Shown: piece by piece, positions 18,484 to 26,558 of the stretch | How positions within the stretch are numbered: position 1 is the stretch's first letter | Layout: every line of letters begins with the position of its first letter | Origin: Pseudomonadota bacterium | GTDB taxonomy: Bacteria; UBA10199; 2-02-FULL-44-16; JBDRGF01 | DNA length: 31,885 bases | Reading direction: 5' to 3' | Assembly (NCBI GenBank): GCA_043818055.1 | Contig: JBDRGF010000029.1 | Span: 1-31,885, forward strand | Position numbers and translations under genes: made by a program | The notes under the pieces: generated by a model | What the model was told of the DNA's origin: nothing | Databases searched by the model: none | Seen by the model: the letters and a program-made list of their open reading frames with translations, nothing else

Positions 18484-20988
18484 ATGATGCACCGACTAAT
18501 TAGAACATTGCTTGTGGGCCCTGCTTCAACAGAGTCGAAGTTTGCAGGCCAGGCTTTAAGAAATGAGAGAGACCTCTCTCATTTCGAGACTGCGATCAGA
18601 GGTCTATCTACAGTTATGCTCCAAGAGGATACGCTTCCCCAGGAGACAAAGAGCTCATTCGACACTGCCTGCACTCTTTTTTTGAGGGGCTCAGATTCAG
18701 ATCAAACCTCTGAAATAGATCAACGGATCATCCAATATAGACTGGCATCGATAGTATCAGGTGTCCCGGATGAGGCTTGGAGGTCAATAGCGAGACGTTT
18801 CGGAGAGCTTGAGGGGTTCTCTTTAAAAACAGGAAAATCATTAAGTGAGAGCTGGCTGCCGAAAATTGATCTGAAGGGAGAGAATGCTAAGCGAATTGGT
18901 GGGGTCAGGGCCTTAATGCCCTCTGTGTTTGAAAAGCTTTTCTCGCTCACGACACTATCTGACGCTGATACTAAAGATTGGAGCCAGCTGTTAGTCAAAT
19001 CGGAACTGCTTGATGCGGAGAGAATCACCTTTGTTCTAAGCGAGCTGGATAAGTCAGATTCAAAGTATCTAACGTGTTCCTGGGAGAAGGGGGTTGATGA
19101 CGATTTTGTTATTCAATTCGATTTTTCTCCAAGGTTAAAAGTCACCGCCACAATTTTAGCCTATGCAATTGCAAAGGCACTCCGTTCAGACAAGGTGCGT
19201 TCAATAGATTTGCATAAGAAACACCTTAAAATCGACCATCAAAGCCTGTTATATATGGAGGGATCGGCAATATTTGAGAAACGATTCAATTCTCCCCTTA
19301 TATCTAAAAAGGCTGATGACATGATCATCGACATTCAAAAAATACTAGCAAGTCAGGAGGAGAGGGGAAAAATAAAAGAGGGGCTTCTCGCGATGCAGAT
19401 GCCGCAAAAGATGATCGACTATCTGCTTGACCGCCTGTCATCAATGCGACTCAGCCTGCATATAAATTTGAACATCCTGAAAACAGGCTTAAGTGATGCA
19501 GTGAGTACAACCTTTGCGCGCAATACCCTTTTTATTGATATTTCCTCCTCACAATCAGAGCTTCTAAAGTTATCATCCTCACAGATGTGGGTCCTAATCG
19601 CCCGAACGTTTTCGATCTGGGTCGAAAGTGGAGGGTGTGCAGGGAAAAGAAAGACTTATTTTCAAACTAATAAGCCCTGCATCGCAATGCCTGCACAGGC
19701 GATCATCTTCTCGAAAAAAAGCCCCACAATCTCCTCTCATCCCGATATTCCGGACGAGCTTGTCAACGAATACGTACAACTGTTGAACTGGATCGAAGCG
19801 ATTCATAAGAGGGACACAAGGAAGTTACCTGGCACTACAGAATTGAAACCGTTTCTTAAGAAAGTAGGACTTTTAAAACCCGAGAGCTATCTGCCGCGAA
19901 TTTCAGCGCTCCAGTGGATAGGAAACAGGCGCGCTCGTAATATCGTGCTCTCTCAGGCGAGTGCAAGGGGAGGTTTCTGCAAAGGTATTATTTACGAGAA
20001 TATTAGCGACCTTGCTTTGTTACCACCTATGGAGATGATAGAGGTTGTTCACGTTTGTCAGGAAATAGCTAAATACAAAAAAGATCAATTTGCCAGACAT
20101 TCGTTATCACCTGAATCAGTACTTTCCATTAAGGAAGATTTAAAAGACAAAACTGATAGTTCCGATGGAATTTCTGAAGTGTTATCCGGTGTCCGATCTT
20201 TTCTCCCTGAAAATCCGAATCGACAAAACCTTTGGACATGGCTGCGCCTGATTTGGAATTATGAGATGCTGGCTATGAATCCTATCTCCAGGAAAGGTTT
20301 TCATATTATAGGAGAGCAGAAAAAGGTGCTCGGTCCTGATATGGGTAAAGCGATCAGGCGAATATTTCTCCCTCTAATGCAGTCTGGCAGACTTACTAAT
20401 GTCGAAAAAAGGGTCTTCATAGTCGACTATGCGAAGATCTATTCAGAACCGGAAAAAGTGACTAAAAATGAAAATATCACCTTTCTAAATACAATATTGC
20501 CAAAAAGAGAGGCTAAAAAGCTCTCTATTCTGGTAGCTTCCAATGCAACCCTGATGCACTTTGACGGTATTCCTGCCCTTGATGAACACAGATGGGATCT
20601 TTGCATGCGCCTTGCATTGACCGCACCGGAGGGCTTGAGCTGGATCACGCTCGGTTCATCGATAGAGACGAATCGGCCGGAGTTAATTGCAGAGGTAGGT
20701 GAGGAGAGCTGGTTTGCGTTGAATAAGCACTACGTCAATTCAACATTTGAAAAGCGTAATCAGTATCGAAATGCGCTTAAAATCTTTCGAACACTAGCAC
20801 AGGAAAATGATCTGTCACTCCCGGATCCACAATCATCTTATCAGGAGATTCGAGCAATCTTTCGCGAGTTTGTGAAACGATACCATCCGGACATAAGAGG
20901 GGCTGATAAAGATGTTGAAGGAATTTTTAACAACATTCATCGTGCATTTGAGATTTTGAAGTTGTTTCATCCAGAGAACGGTTCTTAA
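18484..20988 (+). CDS. Large protein with C-terminal J-domain, type A paralog 2 (YHPD)
   Basis: C-terminus SSYQEIRAIFREFVKRYHPDIRGADKDVEGIFNNIHRAFEIL. Colinear homolog of 2651-5092. Confidence 0.85.
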   Translation: MMHRLIRTLLVGPASTESKFAGQALRNERDLSHFETAIRGLSTVMLQEDTLPQETKSSFDTACTLFLRGSDSDQTSEIDQRIIQYRLASIVSGVPDEAWRSIARRFGELEGFSLKTGKSLSESWLPKIDLKGENAKRIGGVRALMPSVFEKLFSLTTLSDADTKDWSQLLVKSELLDAERITFVLSELDKSDSKYLTCSWEKGVDDDFVIQFDFSPRLKVTATILAYAIAKALRSDKVRSIDLHKKHLKIDHQSLLYMEGSAIFEKRFNSPLISKKADDMIIDIQKILASQEERGKIKEGLLAMQMPQKMIDYLLDRLSSMRLSLHINLNILKTGLSDAVSTTFARNTLFIDISSSQSELLKLSSSQMWVLIARTFSIWVESGGCAGKRKTYFQTNKPCIAMPAQAIIFSKKSPTISSHPDIPDELVNEYVQLLNWIEAIHKRDTRKLPGTTELKPFLKKVGLLKPESYLPRISALQWIGNRRARNIVLSQASARGGFCKGIIYENISDLALLPPMEMIEVVHVCQEIAKYKKDQFARHSLSPESVLSIKEDLKDKTDSSDGISEVLSGVRSFLPENPNRQNLWTWLRLIWNYEMLAMNPISRKGFHIIGEQKKVLGPDMGKAIRRIFLPLMQSGRLTNVEKRVFIVDYAKIYSEPEKVTKNENITFLNTILPKREAKKLSILVASNATLMHFDGIPALDEHRWDLCMRLALTAPEGLSWITLGSSIETNRPELIAEVGEESWFALNKHYVNSTFEKRNQYRNALKIFRTLAQENDLSLPDPQSSYQEIRAIFREFVKRYHPDIRGADKDVEGIFNNIHRAFEILKLFHPENGS

Positions 20989-21694
20989 AATATATTCCTA
21001 AAATAGTTGTGAGAATGATGAGGCTAGATGCCATGAGGAGATACTCTTTTAGATAAGCCGAGATGCTTATCATGAAAAGCGCAATGCCGGAGTAGAATAG
21101 GGGGATGCAGATTTTGTCGAAGGTTGTTTGTCTTCTATCGGTGGTTTTTAAGAATGGTAGATGTTTCCAAGCGACGAGATTTACAAGTATTGCGACCGCT
21201 GCAGTTAAAAACCAACCGGCAAAATTTGTGAGTGGGACGCCGAAATAAAACCCCGGATATACATAGTAGTGAATGCTTCCGAGAAACCAGCGATCACCCA
21301 TAGTCGCGACTGGGTCGATAATGACGTCGAGAAGCATCGTGAGCAGTCCACCTCCCAGCGTCAAAATCAAGATCGAACCTTTAGACTTTTTTATCTCTTC
21401 AAAGAGGCTAAAGCCCGCGAAGATGAGAAAGGGGTAGGATAGGGAATCAAACCAGGGGACGCCTGCAATTAGCATCTCTCCGGCGAGATTGTCGTACCTG
21501 TATTTATAGAGGCCGTAAGGAAAACCGTTGTGGATTGAAGAATATTCCGAGAGCCATGCGACCGTATAGCATGAGATCAGCCAGAACAGCGTCCGTCTCC
21601 ATCCGAATCTCCTGAATCCCAAAAAGAGAAATGAGATGAGAAAGATGAATACGTAAGGCCTTTTTACTACTGTTGTGAATATTTGTTCTAACAT
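20927..21694 (-). CDS. Carotenoid biosynthesis family membrane protein (DUF422/CruF-like)
   Basis: Multi-pass hydrophobic protein with motifs E.SSI..GFPYG.Y.Y, GVP, DVIIDPVA and GVPLTNFAGWF typical of this family. Confidence 0.75.
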   Translation of the reverse strand: MLEQIFTTVVKRPYVFIFLISFLFLGFRRFGWRRTLFWLISCYTVAWLSEYSSIHNGFPYGLYKYRYDNLAGEMLIAGVPWFDSLSYPFLIFAGFSLFEEIKKSKGSILILTLGGGLLTMLLDVIIDPVATMGDRWFLGSIHYYVYPGFYFGVPLTNFAGWFLTAAVAILVNLVAWKHLPFLKTTDRRQTTFDKICIPLFYSGIALFMISISAYLKEYLLMASSLIILTTILGIYFKNRSLDETTSKSQMHDECC

Positions 21695-21703
21695 AAGTAT
21701 AAA

Positions 21704-23113
21704 TTACCTTTCAGTAGCTTTTCTTTCCCTGATAAAGCCTAAAATCACAATGAATGAGAATAAGATGAGGAGCGTTACCCACATATTTGATCGTGTGGAA
21801 TTGATGTTCAATGAACATTTTCCCGAGGATGCACTGTCGGTAATCGTGTGAGTGTCTGTGTCTGTAACCTCCAGGCCATGAGAATCAAAGCCGGAAGTTG
21901 TAGCCGTGTTCTCAAGCGGAAAGACAGCAGCATCTGTAATGGTGTAGGTGGTCGTGAATGTTTGAGATCCATTTGCAGCTAAATCGCCGACAGTCTGACT
22001 ATACTGTTGGCCAAATAGAGGATCAGTTATTTCAACATTGTTGAGTGCTTCACTGCTGTTGTTTGTCACAACGAAAGTGTAGGTGATCGTCTCGCCACTC
22101 TTTGCCGCGGCTGGACCGGTTTTTTGAATGTCTATGATCTCTGTTCCAATTGTCATAGTGTGGGAGTTCTGATCGCTAACTGCAGTTCCGGAGCTTAAAC
22201 CTCTTCCTGAAACGGTAGCTGTGTTGACAAGCGGATTAGCATCAGTAGATTTAATAGTATAATATTCGTAGTGAGTTATTGAGAAATCGACCGGCATATT
22301 GCCTAGGCTGATTGTGCCATTTCCAGCGAGAACCATGGGATCTGATAAAACTACACCTGTCAGTGCTTCGTCTCCAGTATTTGAAACCCAGAAGGAATAC
22401 TGGGCTGTATCACCAACTGCTCCCTCCGTTGGACCAGATTTTTTCAAAGTTATTTGCGGGTTTGTGATTGTTTTTGTGACTTCAAAGCCATCCTGAAGCA
22501 TTGCACTCTGGCCATCATCGTTTGTCACAACAACATCCCAGAAACCTGGATCTGCAACGAGCAGGAATAGGGTGCACGTGATCTTTGTAGCAGAGACTAC
22601 TGTCAAGCTTGTACAATTGATATCATCCTCACCCGCCTTTGTTATCTTTGCAGTTGCACCAGCTCTAAAATTTGTTCCAGCCAGATTTGTTATATTTACA
22701 ATAGCGTCTCTAATGCCAGTTGACGGAGTGACGGCAGTCACAGTCGGAGTCGGCTGTTCTACAGTAAATCCGCCCGTCAAAGGGGTCGGCGTTTCAGCCC
22801 CTGTTATCACATTGACATCGCGAGCGCTCAAAGTTGCATCTGCCGCAATTGTAATGTTTGCAACAGCGTGAGTAGCATCTGTTACAGTAGTGCTGTTGAG
22901 GGTTATGCCAGTACCGGAAAATGTAGCTACGGATGTCCCATTTACAAAATTAGTCTCAGTTCCCAAAATTCTCACATTGAGTGTTTGTCCCTGATCTCCG
23001 GTCGTTGGGTTGATGCTCGTTATTGTAGCTGCTGCAAGACTGCTTTGTGCAAAACAGATGGAAAAAAGAAGTGAAAGAAATAAAACGAACGGCGTGATTT
23101 TTATTTTCATCAT
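21704..23113 (-). CDS. Secreted/surface protein with two IPT/TIG-like Ig folds, two DUF11-like repeats and a C-terminal membrane anchor
   Basis: Signal peptide. ITSINPTTG and VTAVTPSTG Ig-like starts. Two K[ST]GP...G.T..Y.F.V.N...EAL..V...DP repeats. Tail SSGKCSL + hydrophobic helix + RERK. Confidence 0.75.
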   Translation of the reverse strand: MMKIKITPFVLFLSLLFSICFAQSSLAAATITSINPTTGDQGQTLNVRILGTETNFVNGTSVATFSGTGITLNSTTVTDATHAVANITIAADATLSARDVNVITGAETPTPLTGGFTVEQPTPTVTAVTPSTGIRDAIVNITNLAGTNFRAGATAKITKAGEDDINCTSLTVVSATKITCTLFLLVADPGFWDVVVTNDDGQSAMLQDGFEVTKTITNPQITLKKSGPTEGAVGDTAQYSFWVSNTGDEALTGVVLSDPMVLAGNGTISLGNMPVDFSITHYEYYTIKSTDANPLVNTATVSGRGLSSGTAVSDQNSHTMTIGTEIIDIQKTGPAAAKSGETITYTFVVTNNSSEALNNVEITDPLFGQQYSQTVGDLAANGSQTFTTTYTITDAAVFPLENTATTSGFDSHGLEVTDTDTHTITDSASSGKCSLNINSTRSNMWVTLLILFSFIVILGFIRERKATER

Positions 23114-23144
23114 TTCTCCTAAGAAGATTGTCTGTTGTTTTTAC

Positions 23145-23170
23145 GTAGGGGCGGGTTTGAAACCCGCCCT
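23145..23170 (+). repeat. GTAG-type REP palindrome (singlet)
   Basis: GTAG-GGGCGGGTTT-G-AAACCCGCCC-T; intergenic, with further copies in the window. Confidence 0.85.
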
Positions 23171-23190
23171 TAAAAAAATCATTACAATAT

Positions 23191-23487
23191 TCAATCGCAA
23201 GGCATGCAGTTACCGTTTATATCTCTGCCGCATTCGCATTGTTCGGGACATGGAAGACATTCGTCATCTATGTCAAAGCCGCAGGGACAGGACTTCGGGC
23301 ATTGCAGGCACGCGCCATCGATGTCGTAGCCGCACCTGCATGGATTTGTCGGTGATTCGCAGGGCAGGCAAGTGCTGTCATAATCATATCCACACGGGCA
23401 CACTTTCGTTGAGTCTGCCCTTAGTTCATAATTTCCGCAAAGTAACAGAAATGGAATCGCTAAAGTAATCAATAATATTTTTTTCAT
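23191..23487 (-). CDS. Small secreted cysteine-rich protein with four CxCGxDx4CxxC repeats
   Basis: Signal peptide MKKILLITLAIPFLLL..., then CPCGYDYDSTCLPC, CRCGYDIDGACLQC, CPCGFDIDDECLPC and CECGRDINGNCMPC. Starts 4 nt after the antiporter stop. Confidence 0.8.
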   Translation of the reverse strand: MKKILLITLAIPFLLLCGNYELRADSTKVCPCGYDYDSTCLPCESPTNPCRCGYDIDGACLQCPKSCPCGFDIDDECLPCPEQCECGRDINGNCMPCD

Positions 23488-23491
23488 TTAT

Positions 23492-24844
23492 CTACCCCCG
23501 TTGTGAGAAGCGATTCTGTTTTATCTCTTCGAATATCTTTTTCTCGAAGGCCGATCTGTCCTTCCTCTCATAAAAGACCATGGCTATGAATGAGGCTGCT
23601 ACCGTGGCGACTAAGATCGCATCCTGAGCGCCGGCAATGGCGATTAAACAAAACCCGGCTCCCAGTATGCACGCCATTATTTGAAAAAATATCTTCTTAG
23701 GTTTCATCTCGAAGGTGTGGAGCATGTTGAGTACCGAGTAGAAGTAGGGGAGGATCGTCAAGAGGACGGCGATCGATATCACGTTGCCAAATAAAGTTTG
23801 AGCGTTTTTGCTCTTCGAGAAGAACATTAGGATGATCATGAGAATGCTCATCATTGTCGAGATCAGTATTATTCCCGCCGCGGGGATATTCCTCTTGCTG
23901 ATCCTGCCGAATATAGCAGGAAGCATCTTGTCGTGAGAGGTTCTTGCGCCTGCCTGAGCGACGAGCATCATCCATGATCCAAGCGATGTCAGACAGCCGA
24001 ATGCGACCAGGGCCGAGACGATTTTGGAGGCCCAGGGACCTACGATGTGAGCAACGGCCAGCGAAAATGGAGCGCCGGATGCTGCGACTTCGTGAGCCGG
24101 AAACATGCCGGATATCGCTGTGCATGATGCAACATATACAAGTGCCGCGATCCCCGATCCGATCATCGTCGCCATTGGAATCGTTTTGGTGGGTTTATCC
24201 ACGAGGCTCGCGTCAGTCGTAGCGCTCTCCACACCGATGAAGCTCCACAGACAGAGCAAGACGCCTGAGACGACAGCATGGAAATCGCCCTTCGGTGAGA
24301 TATTCCAGTTTTCGACGAAATGAGATGGCTCGAAATAGTAAAAGCCGCCGATGCCGGTGAGGACGACTGGAATGAGCAGGAGTGCGACACCGATCGCCGT
24401 AAGTTTGCCGATCCAGCTCGCTCCCAGAAGATTCAAAATTGCAAATATCCAGACGATCGCTATTGTAGCTATCCCCCCCATTATCGGATCTGTTAATGCA
24501 GGAAAAAATACTGAAAGATAAGTGACGCCGGTGATCGCAATGGCTAAGTTTCCTATCCAGTTAGCATGAAAATAGAGCGTGCCAGCCTGATAACCTAAGA
24601 TGGGAGCAACCTCTTCGGAGTACGCGATTGGCCCGCCCTCTTGCGGATTGGTTGTCCCGAGTTTTGCAAAGACATATGCAAGTGATAGCGCGCCTAAGAT
24701 TGCGATTGCCCAACTGATAATAGTGATCGAGCCGATGGCAGCGAGATTTGAAGGCAATAGGGCTATGCCAGAGCCCATCATGTTTCCCGCGACAACAGCC
24801 GAACAGGTGAACAACCCCATTTTCTTCACAGTTTTTGAATTCAT
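23492..24844 (-). CDS. cadB: APC-family basic amino acid/polyamine antiporter, CadB-like (cadaverine/lysine)
   Basis: KKMGLF...VVAGNMMGSGIALLP, NPQEGGPIAY, HANWIGNLAI and LWSFIGVESA closely follow CadB. Substrate not proven. Confidence 0.8.
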   Translation of the reverse strand: MNSKTVKKMGLFTCSAVVAGNMMGSGIALLPSNLAAIGSITIISWAIAILGALSLAYVFAKLGTTNPQEGGPIAYSEEVAPILGYQAGTLYFHANWIGNLAIAITGVTYLSVFFPALTDPIMGGIATIAIVWIFAILNLLGASWIGKLTAIGVALLLIPVVLTGIGGFYYFEPSHFVENWNISPKGDFHAVVSGVLLCLWSFIGVESATTDASLVDKPTKTIPMATMIGSGIAALVYVASCTAISGMFPAHEVAASGAPFSLAVAHIVGPWASKIVSALVAFGCLTSLGSWMMLVAQAGARTSHDKMLPAIFGRISKRNIPAAGIILISTMMSILMIILMFFSKSKNAQTLFGNVISIAVLLTILPYFYSVLNMLHTFEMKPKKIFFQIMACILGAGFCLIAIAGAQDAILVATVAASFIAMVFYERKDRSAFEKKIFEEIKQNRFSQRG

Positions 24845-24990
24845 TGTCCCCCCAGTTTTAAAACTTTTTCGATTTTACTTGCTTTTGATATCCGATGCAA
24901 GAATGCAATCGTAATTGTTTTTTTTAGTGAATTTTTCTATTTTCGTGTTACTATGACGAAATTTCGTAATGAAAAACCAAAGGGGGAAAG

Positions 24991-25461
24991 ATGAAAAATT
25001 GTTTTAAAGTGTTTGGAGTTTTGGCTGCATTCTGTTTGTTTTTATCCTGCGGTAGCAGCGGGACTGGTACCACAGGACAACAGGCAGCTGAAAATTCTAT
25101 GGATGCCTTCATTGCGTTACTCTTTACTGATGCAGTCACCCCTTGTACCGATGGACTAGCTGCCAACTGTAACTGTCCGGGTAGCGGCACTGTTTCCGGT
25201 ACGGATACTCAATACACCTTTGCTAATTGTACGGATACATCCGGAAATAATTTTAACGGTACGATAACATTGGATCAGGTGAACGACACTGTCAGTGCAA
25301 ACTTTCCCACTTTTGATCAATGCACTAATGTCACAGCTCAGAACATCCCAGGAAACGACGCTGCCGATTGTGCCGGCACTATAACAGGAACGTGCGCAAG
25401 TGAGACAGTTACGTGCACTCTTGTAGATGATGGCGAGGGTGGTTGCGATTGTAATTTTTAA
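24991..25461 (+). CDS. Cysteine-rich acidic lipoprotein
   Basis: Signal peptide with FLS-C lipobox, a Gly/Ser/Thr linker and 10 further Cys; GGGGG RBS. Confidence 0.75.
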   Translation: MKNCFKVFGVLAAFCLFLSCGSSGTGTTGQQAAENSMDAFIALLFTDAVTPCTDGLAANCNCPGSGTVSGTDTQYTFANCTDTSGNNFNGTITLDQVNDTVSANFPTFDQCTNVTAQNIPGNDAADCAGTITGTCASETVTCTLVDDGEGGCDCNF

Positions 25462-25476
25462 CGTCTTGTTTTTTTT

Positions 25477-25528
25477 GTAGGGGCAGGTTTTAAACCTGCC
25501 CTAGTTTGTTTTAGGCAGGGCACCTACA
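25477..25528. repeat. GTAG-type REP plus degenerate inverted partner
   Basis: GTAGGGGCAGGTTTTAAACCTGCCCT at 25477-25502, then a remnant ending CCTACA at about 25528. Lies between convergent genes. Confidence 0.75.
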
Positions 25529-25558
25529 ATTAACCGAGGGGTCGGTATGCCCCCACAC

Positions 25559-26329
25559 TTAACCAAAGATCTTCTTCCAGATCGATTCTTCGAAACCCTG
25601 TTTATTCTGCGACAATTCAGCAATGAGTTTTTTCCATCCCATCTTTTGAGCGCGCTTTAGCATCAGTCGAAAGCCGTTGCCATAGGTCGGGTCATTGTTC
25701 TCCATCAGGCTTTTGATGAGAAACCCAGACAGTTCCGATTTATCCCGCTTGTAGATCCAGTACGATGCGAGGTTGCAAATCCCCTCAGTGTGCATAGGGC
25801 TCAACTTGAAATCGTTTTCATTGAGCCATACGTGCATCAGTTCATGAGCCACTATTCCTTCAAATTCGATCCTTGGCAGTCCGTGGAGTATATAGATCAT
25901 ATGAACCATGCCGGTGCGGCGATTGTTTTTGAATTGAAACTCTGTCCTAGTCAGTCCTTTGGCCAGATCGTATGTCGATTGGTTGCTCAGCGCTATCTGA
26001 TCGACGAGGTGGATCTTAGTGTTCTTCGGAATATCTTTAAATCCGATTTTTTCAAGCTCGGACTGGACTTTACGCTTTGAAAAAGAGGCCTTGATCGATC
26101 CCTTGATAGCAGTCCTGTCGCAATAGCCACAGATAGCCCGGCCATCTGTATAAACATGCCCTCCTGATGAAGTCTTGGGAGATATGATTCTGCTGCACGA
26201 GTTGCAGATGTGGCAGTTGTGGAATGCGTGGGCACTCTTTCCCCACGGGTCCTTAATATATGTGCCTTCGAGTATTTCCCCACACACGTCACATTTTTTA
26301 TCTGTGTTTTTTTTAATCCGATTGGACAT
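25559..26329 (-). CDS. DA1-like protein: LIM-like zinc fingers plus HExxH zinc metallopeptidase
   Basis: Cys/His fingers CDVC..H..H.C..C..C...C..C, then GLT, ILHGLPR...GIVAHELMHVWL, EGICN and DPTYGNGFR. Confidence 0.8.
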   Translation of the reverse strand: MSNRIKKNTDKKCDVCGEILEGTYIKDPWGKSAHAFHNCHICNSCSRIISPKTSSGGHVYTDGRAICGYCDRTAIKGSIKASFSKRKVQSELEKIGFKDIPKNTKIHLVDQIALSNQSTYDLAKGLTRTEFQFKNNRRTGMVHMIYILHGLPRIEFEGIVAHELMHVWLNENDFKLSPMHTEGICNLASYWIYKRDKSELSGFLIKSLMENNDPTYGNGFRLMLKRAQKMGWKKLIAELSQNKQGFEESIWKKIFG

Positions 26330-26469
26330 GACGGAAGAGGATTATCACGTGAGAGTCAAAAGAGCAAAATGAATATGATCTGTGGAGCTCTAAAAACTAT
26401 TTTGTTTTGTTCTTCGCGTTATCACTGCTTGTGAGCCTGTTGCTGAACTTAGTTGCATATTTGAATTTT

Positions 26470-26532
26470 GTAGGGGCGGGTTTCAAACCCGCCCGAGATT
26501 GTCTTTAGGGAAGGTTTGAAACCTGCCCCTAC
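26470..26532. repeat. REPIN (inverted REP doublet)
   Basis: GTAGGGGCGGGTTTCAAACCCGCCC (26470-26494) and the inverted copy GGGAAGGTTTGAAACCTGCCCCTAC (26508-26532). Confidence 0.85.
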
Positions 26533-26558
26533 ACTACCAAATACTTTAATAGATAAAT

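Noticed and set aside
2651..20988. Array as an assembly artefact or as canonical dnaJ/djlA/cbpA genes
   Set aside because: The paralogs are highly diverged with intact frames, so this is not a collapsed or duplicated contig. They lack an N-terminal J, G/F region, zinc finger and TM/TerB domain.
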